From positions 3,459 through 38,428 of the forward strand of contig MHRQ01000012.1 in assembly GCA_001821015.1 (NCBI GenBank): a stretch of 34,970 nt of DNA, given 5' to 3'. Below, piece after piece: positions 26,629 through 34,790 of the stretch. Positions within the stretch are counted from its first letter, which is position 1. Each line of letters starts with the position of its first letter. The position numbers and the translations under genes were made by a program. This DNA is from Candidatus Taylorbacteria bacterium RIFCSPHIGHO2_02_FULL_46_13. Its GTDB lineage: Bacteria; Patescibacteriota; Minisyncoccia; Phycocordibacterales; DSPV01. The notes below the pieces were generated by a model. It worked only from the letters and a program-made list of their open reading frames with translations. It did not search any database and was not told the origin of the DNA.

Positions 26629-27600
26629 TTACTGTGAAAGTGCCTCTCTACCGGCAGTAATTTCTGATAACTCCTTCGTAATCGCCGCTTGGCGGTTCTT
26701 ATTAAATTGGATATTGAGCGCCTCTGCAAGCTCCGCAGCATTATCCGATGCATTTTTCATGGCAATCATACGCGAGGAATGCTCGGAAGCATTCGCTTCA
26801 AGTATTGCGTGATAGACTTCCACGGCTAAAAATTTTGGAAGCAATCGCTCTAGCACATCCTTCGGGGAGGGTTCAAACTTAAGCACACCTTCTTTAACCC
26901 CAGCAAGTTCCATTGAGCGCGGTATGTTCGCGTAGCGCCCTTCAAGCGGGACAATTGAATCAACAATGGATTGGAGCGATTCTTCGGAGAAGGGAAGGAT
27001 GCTTCTGACAACGACTTCCTGTTTGAGTGCGGAGATAAAATTTGTGTAGACGAGTGTCACTTCATCGGTCTTCTTCTCCCCAAAAAGTTTTAATAGAAAA
27101 TCTGAAATTTTACGCGTTTCGTCAATTGCCCCGAAATCACCGGCGCCGAGAAATTCTCCGAGGATTGTGCGTCCACGCCGTGCAAAGTAGTCGCGCCCCT
27201 TCTTGCCAATCGCCACAATACTAACCTTTACTCCAGTATCAGACATTCTGATATTCTGCAGAATATCAGAATGTTCTAATTGGGAAATGAGTTTTTCCGC
27301 TTGCTTGATGACATTAGTATTAAACGAGCCTGCAAGTCCTTTATCGGAAGTGATGACCACCAGACACGAGTTTTTCACGGGGCGCTTTTGTACAAGCGGT
27401 GAGGCCGCGAGCGTTTGATCAGAACTCGCCCTGATTGCGCGTAATATTGAGAACGCAGTAAGCGCGTACGGCCGCGTCGCAATGGCAACGGCTTGGCTTT
27501 TGCGCATTTTGACCGCAGAGACAGCTTCCATCGCCCGCGTGATTTGGCGGATGTTTTTGGTGGAACGTATTCTGTTTTTTAATGCGCGTGAGCCTGCCAT
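26629..27600 (-). CDS. atpG: F1 ATP synthase gamma subunit
   Basis: N-terminal IKNRIRSTKNIRQITRAMEAVSAVKMRK and C-terminal NKNRQAAITKELSEI. Confidence 0.95.
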   Translation of the reverse strand: MAGSRALKNRIRSTKNIRQITRAMEAVSAVKMRKSQAVAIATRPYALTAFSILRAIRASSDQTLAASPLVQKRPVKNSCLVVITSDKGLAGSFNTNVIKQAEKLISQLEHSDILQNIRMSDTGVKVSIVAIGKKGRDYFARRGRTILGEFLGAGDFGAIDETRKISDFLLKLFGEKKTDEVTLVYTNFISALKQEVVVRSILPFSEESLQSIVDSIVPLEGRYANIPRSMELAGVKEGVLKFEPSPKDVLERLLPKFLAVEVYHAILEANASEHSSRMIAMKNASDNAAELAEALNIQFNKNRQAAITKELSEITAGREALSQ

Positions 27601-27625
27601 GACAATAATTTAAAATTAAAAAATC
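27601..27625. repeat. Inverted repeat, left arm, flanking the 92-aa ORF
   Basis: GACAATAATTTAAAATTAAAAA pairs with the reverse complement of 27915-27935 (GACAATTTAAAATTAAAAA). 19 nt match, with one 3-nt indel. Confidence 0.6.
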
Positions 27626-27638
27626 AAAATGAAAAATA

Positions 27639-27917
27639 TTATATATTCTCAACGGAATTTCTGTTTCTGAATTTGCCGTAGAGCCAGCCAATGAAAATTC
27701 CTCCTACAATAAAAGCCAACAAGAATAAAAGAGAAAGTTTAGACGGTGTTCCCCCACCAATCATCACAGCGAAATTTCTTTGAAACGCGTCAAATCCGTA
27801 TAAAGGTAGACACTCTCCCAGACATTTCACTGGAGCGAAAAGTAACAGAATTCCCAACAATAATCCTGTTAATAAGCCATTAAGTCCTCCTCTCAGCCAG
27901 TATCTTTTCGTGGTCAT
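27639..27917 (-). CDS. Small membrane protein (92 aa) inserted between atpA and atpG
   Basis: Start at MTTKRYW (27917). Two to three hydrophobic helices and a CLGEC motif. No family recognised. Confidence 0.6.
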   Translation of the reverse strand: MTTKRYWLRGGLNGLLTGLLLGILLLFAPVKCLGECLPLYGFDAFQRNFAVMIGGGTPSKLSLLFLLAFIVGGIFIGWLYGKFRNRNSVENI

Positions 27918-27935
27918 TTTTAATTTTAAATTGTC
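27915..27935. repeat. Inverted repeat, right arm, flanking the 92-aa ORF
   Basis: CATTTTTAATTTTAAATTGTC. It includes the ORF start codon. Confidence 0.6.
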
Positions 27936-27959
27936 ATTTTGCATTTTGAGATTTGCATT

Positions 27960-29489
27960 TTACATTTGCCGCTTGAAATAGTGTTCTGCAAAATCTTTGG
28001 CTGCGGCCGAAAGAGCCTCGTCGCTCTCTTTGGCAAGCTCACCGGACATTCTCATATTCTGCAGAATGTTGGAATGTCGTTCGTGGAGGAATTTGATAAA
28101 TTCTTTTTCAAATCGCTGTACGTCTTTGACGTCAACGCCGTCCTGAAATCCACGTACTACCGAGTAGATGGAGGCCACTTGCTCTTCAAACGGCATGTTG
28201 TAGTACTGGTCTTGCTTGAGAAGTTCGGTGAGTCTGCGGCCGCGGTCAAGCTTTTTCTTTGTGCCTGCGTCTAGGTCTTGACCGAATTGCGCGAAGGCGG
28301 CAAGCTCACGGAACTGCGCGAGCTCTAATCGCATCGTGCCGGCCACTTTCTTCATAGCTTTTGTTTGTGCCGCCGATCCGACGCGCGAAACCGAGAGTCC
28401 GACGTTGAGCGCAGGGCGGACACCTTGGTAGAACAATTCTGGTTCAAGATAGATTTGCCCGTCGGTAATAGAGATGACGTTGGTTGGAATGTAGGCCGAG
28501 ACGTCGGAGAGCTGGGTTTCAATGATGGGGAGGGCTGTTAGGGAGCCTCCGCCATACTCTTTTGACATTTTAGCAGCGCGCTCCAAAAGGCGTGAGTGCA
28601 GATAGAAAATATCACCCGGATATGCTTCGCGGCCGGGTGGGCGGCGCAAGAGGAGCGAAATTTCGCGATAGGCGACGGCGTGTTTGGAAAGATCATCGTA
28701 CACAATAAGCGCATCCTTGCCCTGGTCCATAAAGAATTCACCGATAGCACAGCCTGTGTAGGGGGCGAGGTATTGCAAAGGAGCAGGAGCGGAGGCAGGA
28801 GCCGTCACGACAATGGTGTATTCCATCGCACCGTGTTTTTTGAGTTGTTCTACGATTTGCGCGACTTTAGATTCCTTTTGCCCGATAGCGACATAGATGC
28901 AGATTACTTTTTTTTCTTTACGCTGATTGATGATGGTGTCTATCGCGATAGAAGTTTTTCCGGTTTGGCGGTCGCCGATGATAAGCTCGCGCTGGCCACG
29001 ACCGATAGGAATCATGGCATCAATCGCTTTGATACCGGTATGCAAAGGTGAGTTGACTCCTGATCGTGTGATGACACCCGAGGCGATTTTCTCAAGCGGG
29101 TAACGCTTCATGGTCTCAGTCTTCCATGCGGGTCCGCCGTCAACGGGGTTGCCGAGTGCGTCAACGACGCGCCCGATGAGAGCTTCAGAAACTGCGACTG
29201 AAAGCACGTTTCCGGTGCCTTTAACCGTCTGGCCTTCGCGCACCGCGTCTTTTTCGCCGAGGATAACGGCCTTGAGAGACGATTCTTCCAAGTTGAGTGC
29301 CATGCCAAGCACTGGCTTTCCGCCGGTTTCAAATTCTATAAGCTCGGAATACATTACGGACGAAAGTCCACGGATTTCCGCGACGCCATCTCCGACGCGC
29401 ATGACCGTGCCGACATGTTCAAGTTTCGCACCGGTGGTAATACCGGCGATTTCGTCTTTGAGTTGTTTTATAATTGTGTCTTTGTCCAT
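27960..29489 (-). CDS. atpA: F1 ATP synthase alpha subunit
   Basis: GDRQTGKT Walker A and full-length similarity to alpha subunits. Confidence 0.97.
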   Translation of the reverse strand: MDKDTIIKQLKDEIAGITTGAKLEHVGTVMRVGDGVAEIRGLSSVMYSELIEFETGGKPVLGMALNLEESSLKAVILGEKDAVREGQTVKGTGNVLSVAVSEALIGRVVDALGNPVDGGPAWKTETMKRYPLEKIASGVITRSGVNSPLHTGIKAIDAMIPIGRGQRELIIGDRQTGKTSIAIDTIINQRKEKKVICIYVAIGQKESKVAQIVEQLKKHGAMEYTIVVTAPASAPAPLQYLAPYTGCAIGEFFMDQGKDALIVYDDLSKHAVAYREISLLLRRPPGREAYPGDIFYLHSRLLERAAKMSKEYGGGSLTALPIIETQLSDVSAYIPTNVISITDGQIYLEPELFYQGVRPALNVGLSVSRVGSAAQTKAMKKVAGTMRLELAQFRELAAFAQFGQDLDAGTKKKLDRGRRLTELLKQDQYYNMPFEEQVASIYSVVRGFQDGVDVKDVQRFEKEFIKFLHERHSNILQNMRMSGELAKESDEALSAAAKDFAEHYFKRQM

Positions 29490-29510
29490 ATTCCGTTTCT
29501 ATTAATTTTT

Positions 29511-29891
29511 TTATCTTTGCACGGCTTGTTTTAATTCATTCATACGTCTCTGTACGGTGTTATCAATTCTCCAGTCGCCGATAGTAATACGTGCGCCCTC
29601 TCCAACTGTGGAGTCTATTTTTTCTATAAGTTCTATCTCCGTGCCAACCAATTCTTTGAGAGTCTTTGCTTTTACTTGCCCCGTACGTGTGCTCGTTACT
29701 TCTACCGGAGTGATACCTTTTTGTATATACCACTGGCGTTCAAATTCTGCCAAAATCGCTCTTAGCTGTGATGTTTTTCCATGAGCAACCAATGTTTGAG
29801 CAAATTTCTTTACGGTCTCTTTGTCATGCTTTGGGTCAGCTTCCACAAGTTCGTAAAGCGTTTTTGCGTATTGTATGGGAGTGTATTTCAT
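29511..29891 (-). CDS. atpH: ATP synthase delta (OSCP) subunit, short form
   Basis: 126 aa in the delta position. C-terminal pattern GG..I.IGD...D.TV...L. ATGA overlap with atpF. Confidence 0.8.
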   Translation of the reverse strand: MKYTPIQYAKTLYELVEADPKHDKETVKKFAQTLVAHGKTSQLRAILAEFERQWYIQKGITPVEVTSTRTGQVKAKTLKELVGTEIELIEKIDSTVGEGARITIGDWRIDNTVQRRMNELKQAVQR

Positions 29892-30400
29892 TGTGTTGCG
29901 GAAGTTTTTATGTGTATAAGTGCCTGTTCCACCAGTTTATGACTTGTCTTTTCATCCATGACATCACCGACGGTTTTCTCAACTGCCACCGCGACCGTTT
30001 CTCCTAGATGTCGAGTCGCTTCCTGCATCAGCTTGTCTCGTTCGCGCGTCATCTTCACGCGCTCCTCGCTGGAAAGTCGCGTCATATCGGCTTTTGCGTC
30101 AGCAACGATTCGATCGGCGACCGCCGCCGCGTCGGCCTCGGCTTTTTTGATGAGCTCCACTGATTTGCGCCGTGCCTCTTCAAGTTTCGCCTCTTTAGCG
30201 TCTTCTATATCTCTAAGACGTTGTTCTATTTCCTTTGCACCGCCATGTGCTTTTGCGATTTCATCTCTGCGTTTGTTGAGCATACCGATAAGCGGCTTGT
30301 ACAGAAATTTTTGCAAAATGAAAAGCAGAATGGCGAAATTAATCATTTGCGCCAAAAGTATTTTCCAGTTAATGCCGAGGTTGCTGAACAGTTCTGTCAC
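29888..30400 (-). CDS. atpF: Fo ATP synthase b subunit
   Basis: GTG start. N-terminal TM INWKILLAQMINFAILLFILQKFLYKPL followed by a long charged helix. Confidence 0.9.
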   Translation of the reverse strand: MTELFSNLGINWKILLAQMINFAILLFILQKFLYKPLIGMLNKRRDEIAKAHGGAKEIEQRLRDIEDAKEAKLEEARRKSVELIKKAEADAAAVADRIVADAKADMTRLSSEERVKMTRERDKLMQEATRHLGETVAVAVEKTVGDVMDEKTSHKLVEQALIHIKTSATQ

Positions 30401-30427
30401 GATATTTTTTGATTTTGCAGTACCATC

Positions 30428-30461
30428 TTCATTCTCAAATTCTTGAGAATTTGAGAATGAA
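30428..30461 (-). promoter_or_regulatory. 15-bp stem-loop in the atpE-atpF intergenic mRNA
   Basis: TTCATTCTCAAATTC-TTGA-GAATTTGAGAATGAA, a perfect inverted repeat directly after the atpE stop. Confidence 0.6.
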
Positions 30462-30466
30462 TGTGG

Positions 30467-30700
<234 letters not shown>

Positions 30701-30734
30701 TTACTAATAACGTACTAATAAATGCTTAGTCCCA

Positions 30735-30809
30735 GCTAGAATTCGGATGCGGAAAGACAAGATTCTTCTCTGTCCGCATCCTACTTCTAGCCACTGCCCA
30801 TTACAGTGG
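30735..30809. other. Structured element upstream of atpE (two hairpins)
   Basis: GCTAGAA-ttc-GGATGCGGA ...19-nt loop... TCCGCATCC-tac-TTCTAGC (30735-30791), then CCACTG-cccatta-CAGTGG. No U tract on either strand. Confidence 0.5.
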
Positions 30810-30911
30810 GATAACTAAAAACGTGCTCAACCACCTCGTTTGCCACTATCATACTGTATTTATGAATAGATTTCAACACACACATATGTTCCAATCGGCT
30901 TGTATGGTTTG

Positions 30912-30920
30912 TGCTAGAAT
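30912..30920 (+). promoter_or_regulatory. Extended -10 promoter element of the R-M gene
   Basis: TGCTAGAAT ends 6 nt before the ATG at 30927. No SD is present. Confidence 0.45.
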
Positions 30921-30926
30921 GAAACT

Positions 30927-33308
30927 ATGTCCAGAAATGAAAAGTGGACAGAGAATTTTGTCCGCAAAAGACTGGCTTCCGTTGGTATTACGGATGAGGG
31001 GGGCTTTGTGGTAGATGAACAAAAGAGCGATAATCCCCGCGTTGAGAAATTATTGAAAAGCGCAAGTAAATCTGGTAACAGTGTAGGCAAGCCGGAGTTT
31101 TTGATTTCTCACAAAAAGGCCAATAAAGATTTTCTGATAGTCATAGAGTGCAAAGCTTTGACCAAAAACCATGTTTCTGAGACCAGAGACCAATACAAAG
31201 ATTTTGCAGTTGATGGAGTGTTGTTGTATGCGTCGCATTTGGCAAAGGAGTTCAATGTAATTGCAGTTGCAGTCAGCGGGCAATCAGAGCAGGAAATAAA
31301 GATTGATACCTTTCTAAATCCAAAAGGGGTAGGATCGGCAACTGTTTTAACCGATGAAAAGAAAGTTCCAGTAAAGCAAGTTGTCTCTTGGGAGGACTAC
31401 ATACGTTATGCAACGTATGATGAAAATCTGGCGCAAGCGAGGAAAAGTGGTCTGAATAAGTTTTCACGCGACCTCCACGATTACATGCGCGATTATGCAA
31501 AAATCACAGAGGCGCAAAAACCACTCTTAGTCAGCGGGGTGCTTATTGCTCTCATGGAAGAAGGTTTTAGGAGAGCATATTCCACGTACGAGAAACAAGA
31601 CTTGGCGAAGAAGACCTTTGAAGTGATACGAGACAAAATTAAAAAGGCACAACTTGGTGCCAACCAAGAAGAAAAGAAAAAAGCGGTTATTAACGCGTTC
31701 AGTTTTATTGAGCACCACCCCGAACTTCAGAAATTTGATAAAAAGAGGAATGAATCTCCGCTTGCCCACATTGTGAGAGACATTGACGAGAAGGTGAGAC
31801 CTTTTACCCAAGACCCCAATCACTATGATTATGACGTCATCGGTAATTTTTATGGTGAGTTTATCCGCTATACAGGTGGAGACGGAAAAGGACTTGGTAT
31901 TGTTTTGACGCCGAAACACATCACGGACATGTTTGCCGACTTAGCAAAACTCAATAAAAATTCGGTTGTGCTGGATACATGTTGCGGAACCGGCGGATTT
32001 CTTATTTCTGCCATGAAAAAGATGACAGAGGGACTTGATGAGAGAGAGCAGGTAAAGATTCTTGAAAACTCGCTTTTCGGTGTTGAACAAGAGCCGAATA
32101 TGTTTGCGCTTGCCGTCTCTAACATGATTTTGCGCGGCGATGGCAAGACGAATTTATATCAAGGGGACTGTTTTGACGAGGAGATTTTCAAACAGGTGAA
32201 AGGAAAGGCGACCGCCGGATTCATTAATCCTCCGTTCTCACAGAGAGGCGATGATCGTCATGAGTGGAACTATGTCATTACCTTACTTGACGCGCTACAA
32301 AAAAATGCAACGGGTATCGTGATTGTCCCGATGCAACTTGCTATTGATCAAAACCAACTCCGTGAACGGCTCCTGAAAGAACATCGTTTGGAAGCAGTGA
32401 TGAGTATGCCAAATGACCTTTTTTATCCAATAGGGATTGTGTCCTGCGTTATGGTATTTACCGCCCATGTTCCACATGATAGTGATAAGCATCACGAGAC
32501 GTGGTTCGGTTCTTGGAAAGATGATGGGTTTAGAAAAGATCGTAATGAAGGTCGAATCCCTACATCTCGCTGGCTTGAGATCAGAGAAAAATGGATTGAA
32601 ATGTTTCGCCGAAAAGAGATTGCAGGCAAGAGTGTTTGGAAAAGAGTCGTTGTAAATGATGAATGGTGTGCTGAGGCATATCTAGAGACAGATTATTCTG
32701 TTTTAGACGATAAAGACTTCAAGCAGGTTGTTCTTACCTATATTGCCTATAAGGTTAGAGGTGGTAGTTTGTCTTTTGTTAAAGAATTTCTTGGTAAGTC
32801 GGCTAAGCAGAAATTAATATTTTCAGACCGTACATGGACATGGTTCAGGTATGAAGATTTGTTTGACGTAAAAATCGGAAAGAGTGTTGATTTAAACAAG
32901 CTTGGGCAATCAGAAGACGGCATAAATTATGTCGGTCGGACAGAAGAGAATAATGCTATAACCGCAAAGGTTTTGAATGACGGGAGTTTTATAGTGTACG
33001 AAGGAAATTGTATTACAGTGCCTATGGTTGGTAACGAGTTAAAGTCAAGTTACCAAACAGAACCATTTTGTGTCTCTCAAAACATCGCGATTTTGTACCC
33101 CAAAGGTTTTGCACTCAACCTGTATAACGCGCAGTTTCTTAATACCATTATCAGGAGAGATGCTTTTCGTTTTGCGTATGGAAGGACCTTGAGTTTGGAC
33201 AGATTGAGGATGTTGAAAATTAAACTCCCTGTAAGCAAAAAGGGAGATCCCGATTGGCAATTTATGGACGACTATATAAAATCTCTGTTGCATTCTTCTG
33301 CTATCTGA
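30927..33308 (+). CDS. Single-polypeptide restriction-modification enzyme: PD-ExK-like nuclease, gamma-class N6-adenine methyltransferase and one HsdS-type TRD (Type IIG/IIB-like)
   Basis: N-terminus PEFLISH..DFLIVIECK (D/E...ExK). Methylase motif I VLDTCCGTGGFL and motif IV GFINPPFS. C-terminal ~190 aa with an HsdS-like TRD (W.WFRYEDLFDVKIGKS...IKLPV...DWQFMDDYIKSL). Confidence 0.88.
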   Translation: MSRNEKWTENFVRKRLASVGITDEGGFVVDEQKSDNPRVEKLLKSASKSGNSVGKPEFLISHKKANKDFLIVIECKALTKNHVSETRDQYKDFAVDGVLLYASHLAKEFNVIAVAVSGQSEQEIKIDTFLNPKGVGSATVLTDEKKVPVKQVVSWEDYIRYATYDENLAQARKSGLNKFSRDLHDYMRDYAKITEAQKPLLVSGVLIALMEEGFRRAYSTYEKQDLAKKTFEVIRDKIKKAQLGANQEEKKKAVINAFSFIEHHPELQKFDKKRNESPLAHIVRDIDEKVRPFTQDPNHYDYDVIGNFYGEFIRYTGGDGKGLGIVLTPKHITDMFADLAKLNKNSVVLDTCCGTGGFLISAMKKMTEGLDEREQVKILENSLFGVEQEPNMFALAVSNMILRGDGKTNLYQGDCFDEEIFKQVKGKATAGFINPPFSQRGDDRHEWNYVITLLDALQKNATGIVIVPMQLAIDQNQLRERLLKEHRLEAVMSMPNDLFYPIGIVSCVMVFTAHVPHDSDKHHETWFGSWKDDGFRKDRNEGRIPTSRWLEIREKWIEMFRRKEIAGKSVWKRVVVNDEWCAEAYLETDYSVLDDKDFKQVVLTYIAYKVRGGSLSFVKEFLGKSAKQKLIFSDRTWTWFRYEDLFDVKIGKSVDLNKLGQSEDGINYVGRTEENNAITAKVLNDGSFIVYEGNCITVPMVGNELKSSYQTEPFCVSQNIAILYPKGFALNLYNAQFLNTIIRRDAFRFAYGRTLSLDRLRMLKIKLPVSKKGDPDWQFMDDYIKSLLHSSAI

Positions 33309-33310
33309 GA

Positions 33311-33424
33311 TTAGTGGGCTTCGGCGCGCGTGAATGAGGAGAAGGCAAGCATGGCGAGGACTGCAAAGATAATAGCCTGGATGAAGCCGATGAAATAAAG
33401 ATTGTTGAGCAAGTAAAATAAAAG
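33311..33424 (-). pseudogene. atpB: Relic 1 of an ATP synthase a-subunit (atpB) 3' end
   Basis: Encodes ...LLFYLLNNLYFIGFIQAIIFAVLAMLAFSSFTRAEAH then stop. This resembles the conserved last helix of subunit a (..IQAFIF..LT..Y....). No start codon. A terminator lies immediately upstream. Confidence 0.65.
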
Positions 33425-33497
33425 TCCTGCAACTGTAGGACTTTTATAAGCGAGGTGCACCTTTCTAGCGCCGTAGGTGAGAAAAAAACGCAAGCAT

Positions 33498-33529
33498 AAA
33501 AAAACGGCACACAATTTTGTGCGTGCCGT
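33498..33529 (-). terminator. Rho-independent terminator of the two-gene cassette
   Basis: Minus strand: ACGGCAC-12-nt loop-GTGCCGT followed by TTTTTTT. Confidence 0.65.
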
Positions 33530-33546
33530 GTGTAGCGAACACCAAC

Positions 33547-33738
33547 TCATCTCGCGTGGTGGTTACTAATGGTTACCAAGGTGAATGCCCATGCGAGCAG
33601 GCCCGCAATGATAAACATCATGATAGTCCACATGATCGCTTTTATGGGGTACATCCTCCGGCGGTGCTCGATTTCTTCATCAAGGTAGTCAAGCGCCGAG
33701 TTTTCTTTTGGGTGCTGAACTGTATCGTTTGTTTGCAT
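33547..33738 (-). CDS. Small single-TM protein (63 aa)
   Basis: The ATG at 33738 is preceded by AAGGGGGGG. Hydrophobic helix IMWTIMMFIIAGLLAWAFTLV. Confidence 0.6.
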   Translation of the reverse strand: MQTNDTVQHPKENSALDYLDEEIEHRRRMYPIKAIMWTIMMFIIAGLLAWAFTLVTISNHHAR

Positions 33739-33757
33739 TTTCCCCCCCTTCTTAATT

Positions 33758-34228
33758 TTATGGGTTAATGAGGTTGGCCACCAAAAGGTAAAGCCATAGC
33801 AAAAAGAGAATCGCGTACACAATCGTAAGTCCATCTATCCCCCGCGCGATTTTCCTGACGCCTTGAGGCAGGAAAAATTCTTCCGTGAGGCGATGGAAAA
33901 ATCCATCTATCGCACCGAAGCTGAACTCAAGCTCTGTGCCACGCCGCATAGTTTTCAGCAAGAACATGACGGTTCGCTCTTCTATCCACATGATGGCAAT
34001 GGTAGTATGTAGACCGACAAGTGCAATGATAAGTGCTCCCGCTCCTTTTCCCGTCGTGGCTTTTCCTACCTGCATGTAAAAAGTGAACAATGCTGATTGA
34101 AGCCCTACGGCAAATGCCGCCACAATAAAGCGCAGACTCGCAAAGAATTTCCAAGCCTCCGCTACCACACCGTACTCCGTACGGAAGTTTTCCTGCCGAT
34201 TCTCATCCGTACTTTTTCCGTTACTCAT
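33758..34228 (-). CDS. Membrane protein (156 aa), unknown function
   Basis: AAAGGAG lies 6 nt upstream of the ATG. Three to four hydrophobic helices. No family recognised. Confidence 0.7.
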   Translation of the reverse strand: MSNGKSTDENRQENFRTEYGVVAEAWKFFASLRFIVAAFAVGLQSALFTFYMQVGKATTGKGAGALIIALVGLHTTIAIMWIEERTVMFLLKTMRRGTELEFSFGAIDGFFHRLTEEFFLPQGVRKIARGIDGLTIVYAILFLLWLYLLVANLINP

Positions 34229-34282
34229 TAGTAGCTCCTTTCTAGGTTTTCAAAGGACAAAGTCCTCTCTCTTTCTGCGCGA

Positions 34283-34311
34283 AGAATACCCGCAGGGGTA
34301 TAGTTTGTCAA
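34283..34311 (-). promoter_or_regulatory. Promoter with an embedded CsoR-type operator, driving the two-gene cassette
   Basis: Minus strand: TTGACA (34311-34306), 17-nt spacer, TATTCT (34288-34283). The inverted repeat ATACCC-N4-GGGTAT (34286-34301) fills the spacer and overlaps the -10 box. Confidence 0.6.
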
Positions 34312-34434
34312 ATACCCAGGATGTCAGTAAGTTAGTGTGCTTCAGCGCGGGCTTGCCCGTTCGGATTCTCAACGCACTCTCACTAAAGCGAACAGGGTGT
34401 GTCCGTTACAAGAGCGGTGTTTGGTACGCTAGTG

Positions 34435-34552
34435 TTAATGTCCAGAATCCGTTCGGGTGAAGGAGGAGAACGCGAGCATGGCGAGGACTGCAAAGATAAT
34501 AGCCTGGATGAAGCCGATGAAATAAAGATTGTTGAAGAAGTAAAATAAAAAG
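34435..34552 (-). pseudogene. atpB: Relic 2 of an atpB 3' end (direct repeat of relic 1)
   Basis: Encodes ...FLFYFFNNLYFIGFIQAIIFAVLAMLAFSSFTRTDSGH then stop. An in-frame stop lies upstream at 34576-34578. A 61-nt core is identical to relic 1. Confidence 0.65.
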
Positions 34553-34560
34553 TGATTCGT

Positions 34561-34589
34561 TTGCTTAGCGTAAATTTATTTGCTATTAT
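34561..34589 (+). promoter_or_regulatory. Candidate promoter of the DUF5678-like gene
   Basis: TTGCTT, 17-nt spacer, TATTAT. The -10 box ends 6 nt before the ATG. No SD. Confidence 0.45.
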
Positions 34590-34595
34590 AGCTGT

Positions 34596-34790
34596 ATGGC
34601 AAAAGATTGGACTAAAATATTTAAGAAATACAAGGGTCTTTGGGTTGCTCTTGCTGATGATGAGGAAACTGTGCTTGGGGCAGGAAAAACCCTCAAAGAG
34701 GCTTTTGAATTAGCGAAGAAAAAAGGTTATAAAGAACCCATAATGACTCGTATGCCAGAGGAGATAGTCTCCTTTGTCGGTGCGTTATGA
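34596..34790 (+). CDS. DUF5678-like small protein
   Basis: KYKGLWVAL.DDEETVLGAGKTLKEAFELAKKKGYKEPIMTRMP is the pattern I associate with DUF5678 proteins. Confidence 0.7.
   Translation: MAKDWTKIFKKYKGLWVALADDEETVLGAGKTLKEAFELAKKKGYKEPIMTRMPEEIVSFVGAL

Noticed and set aside
26625-26753. Long form (199 aa) of the ORF between atpG and atpD
   Set aside because: The extension overlaps the conserved C-terminus of atpG in another frame. The ATG at 26624 lies 4 nt after the atpG stop and is the sensible start.
33425-33550. N-terminal half of the 79-aa ORF 33311-33550 (and the overlapping ORF 33301-33510)
   Set aside because: This stretch contains the hairpin plus U7 terminator of the upstream cassette. 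Only the last ~38 codons carry recognisable (atpB-like) sequence.
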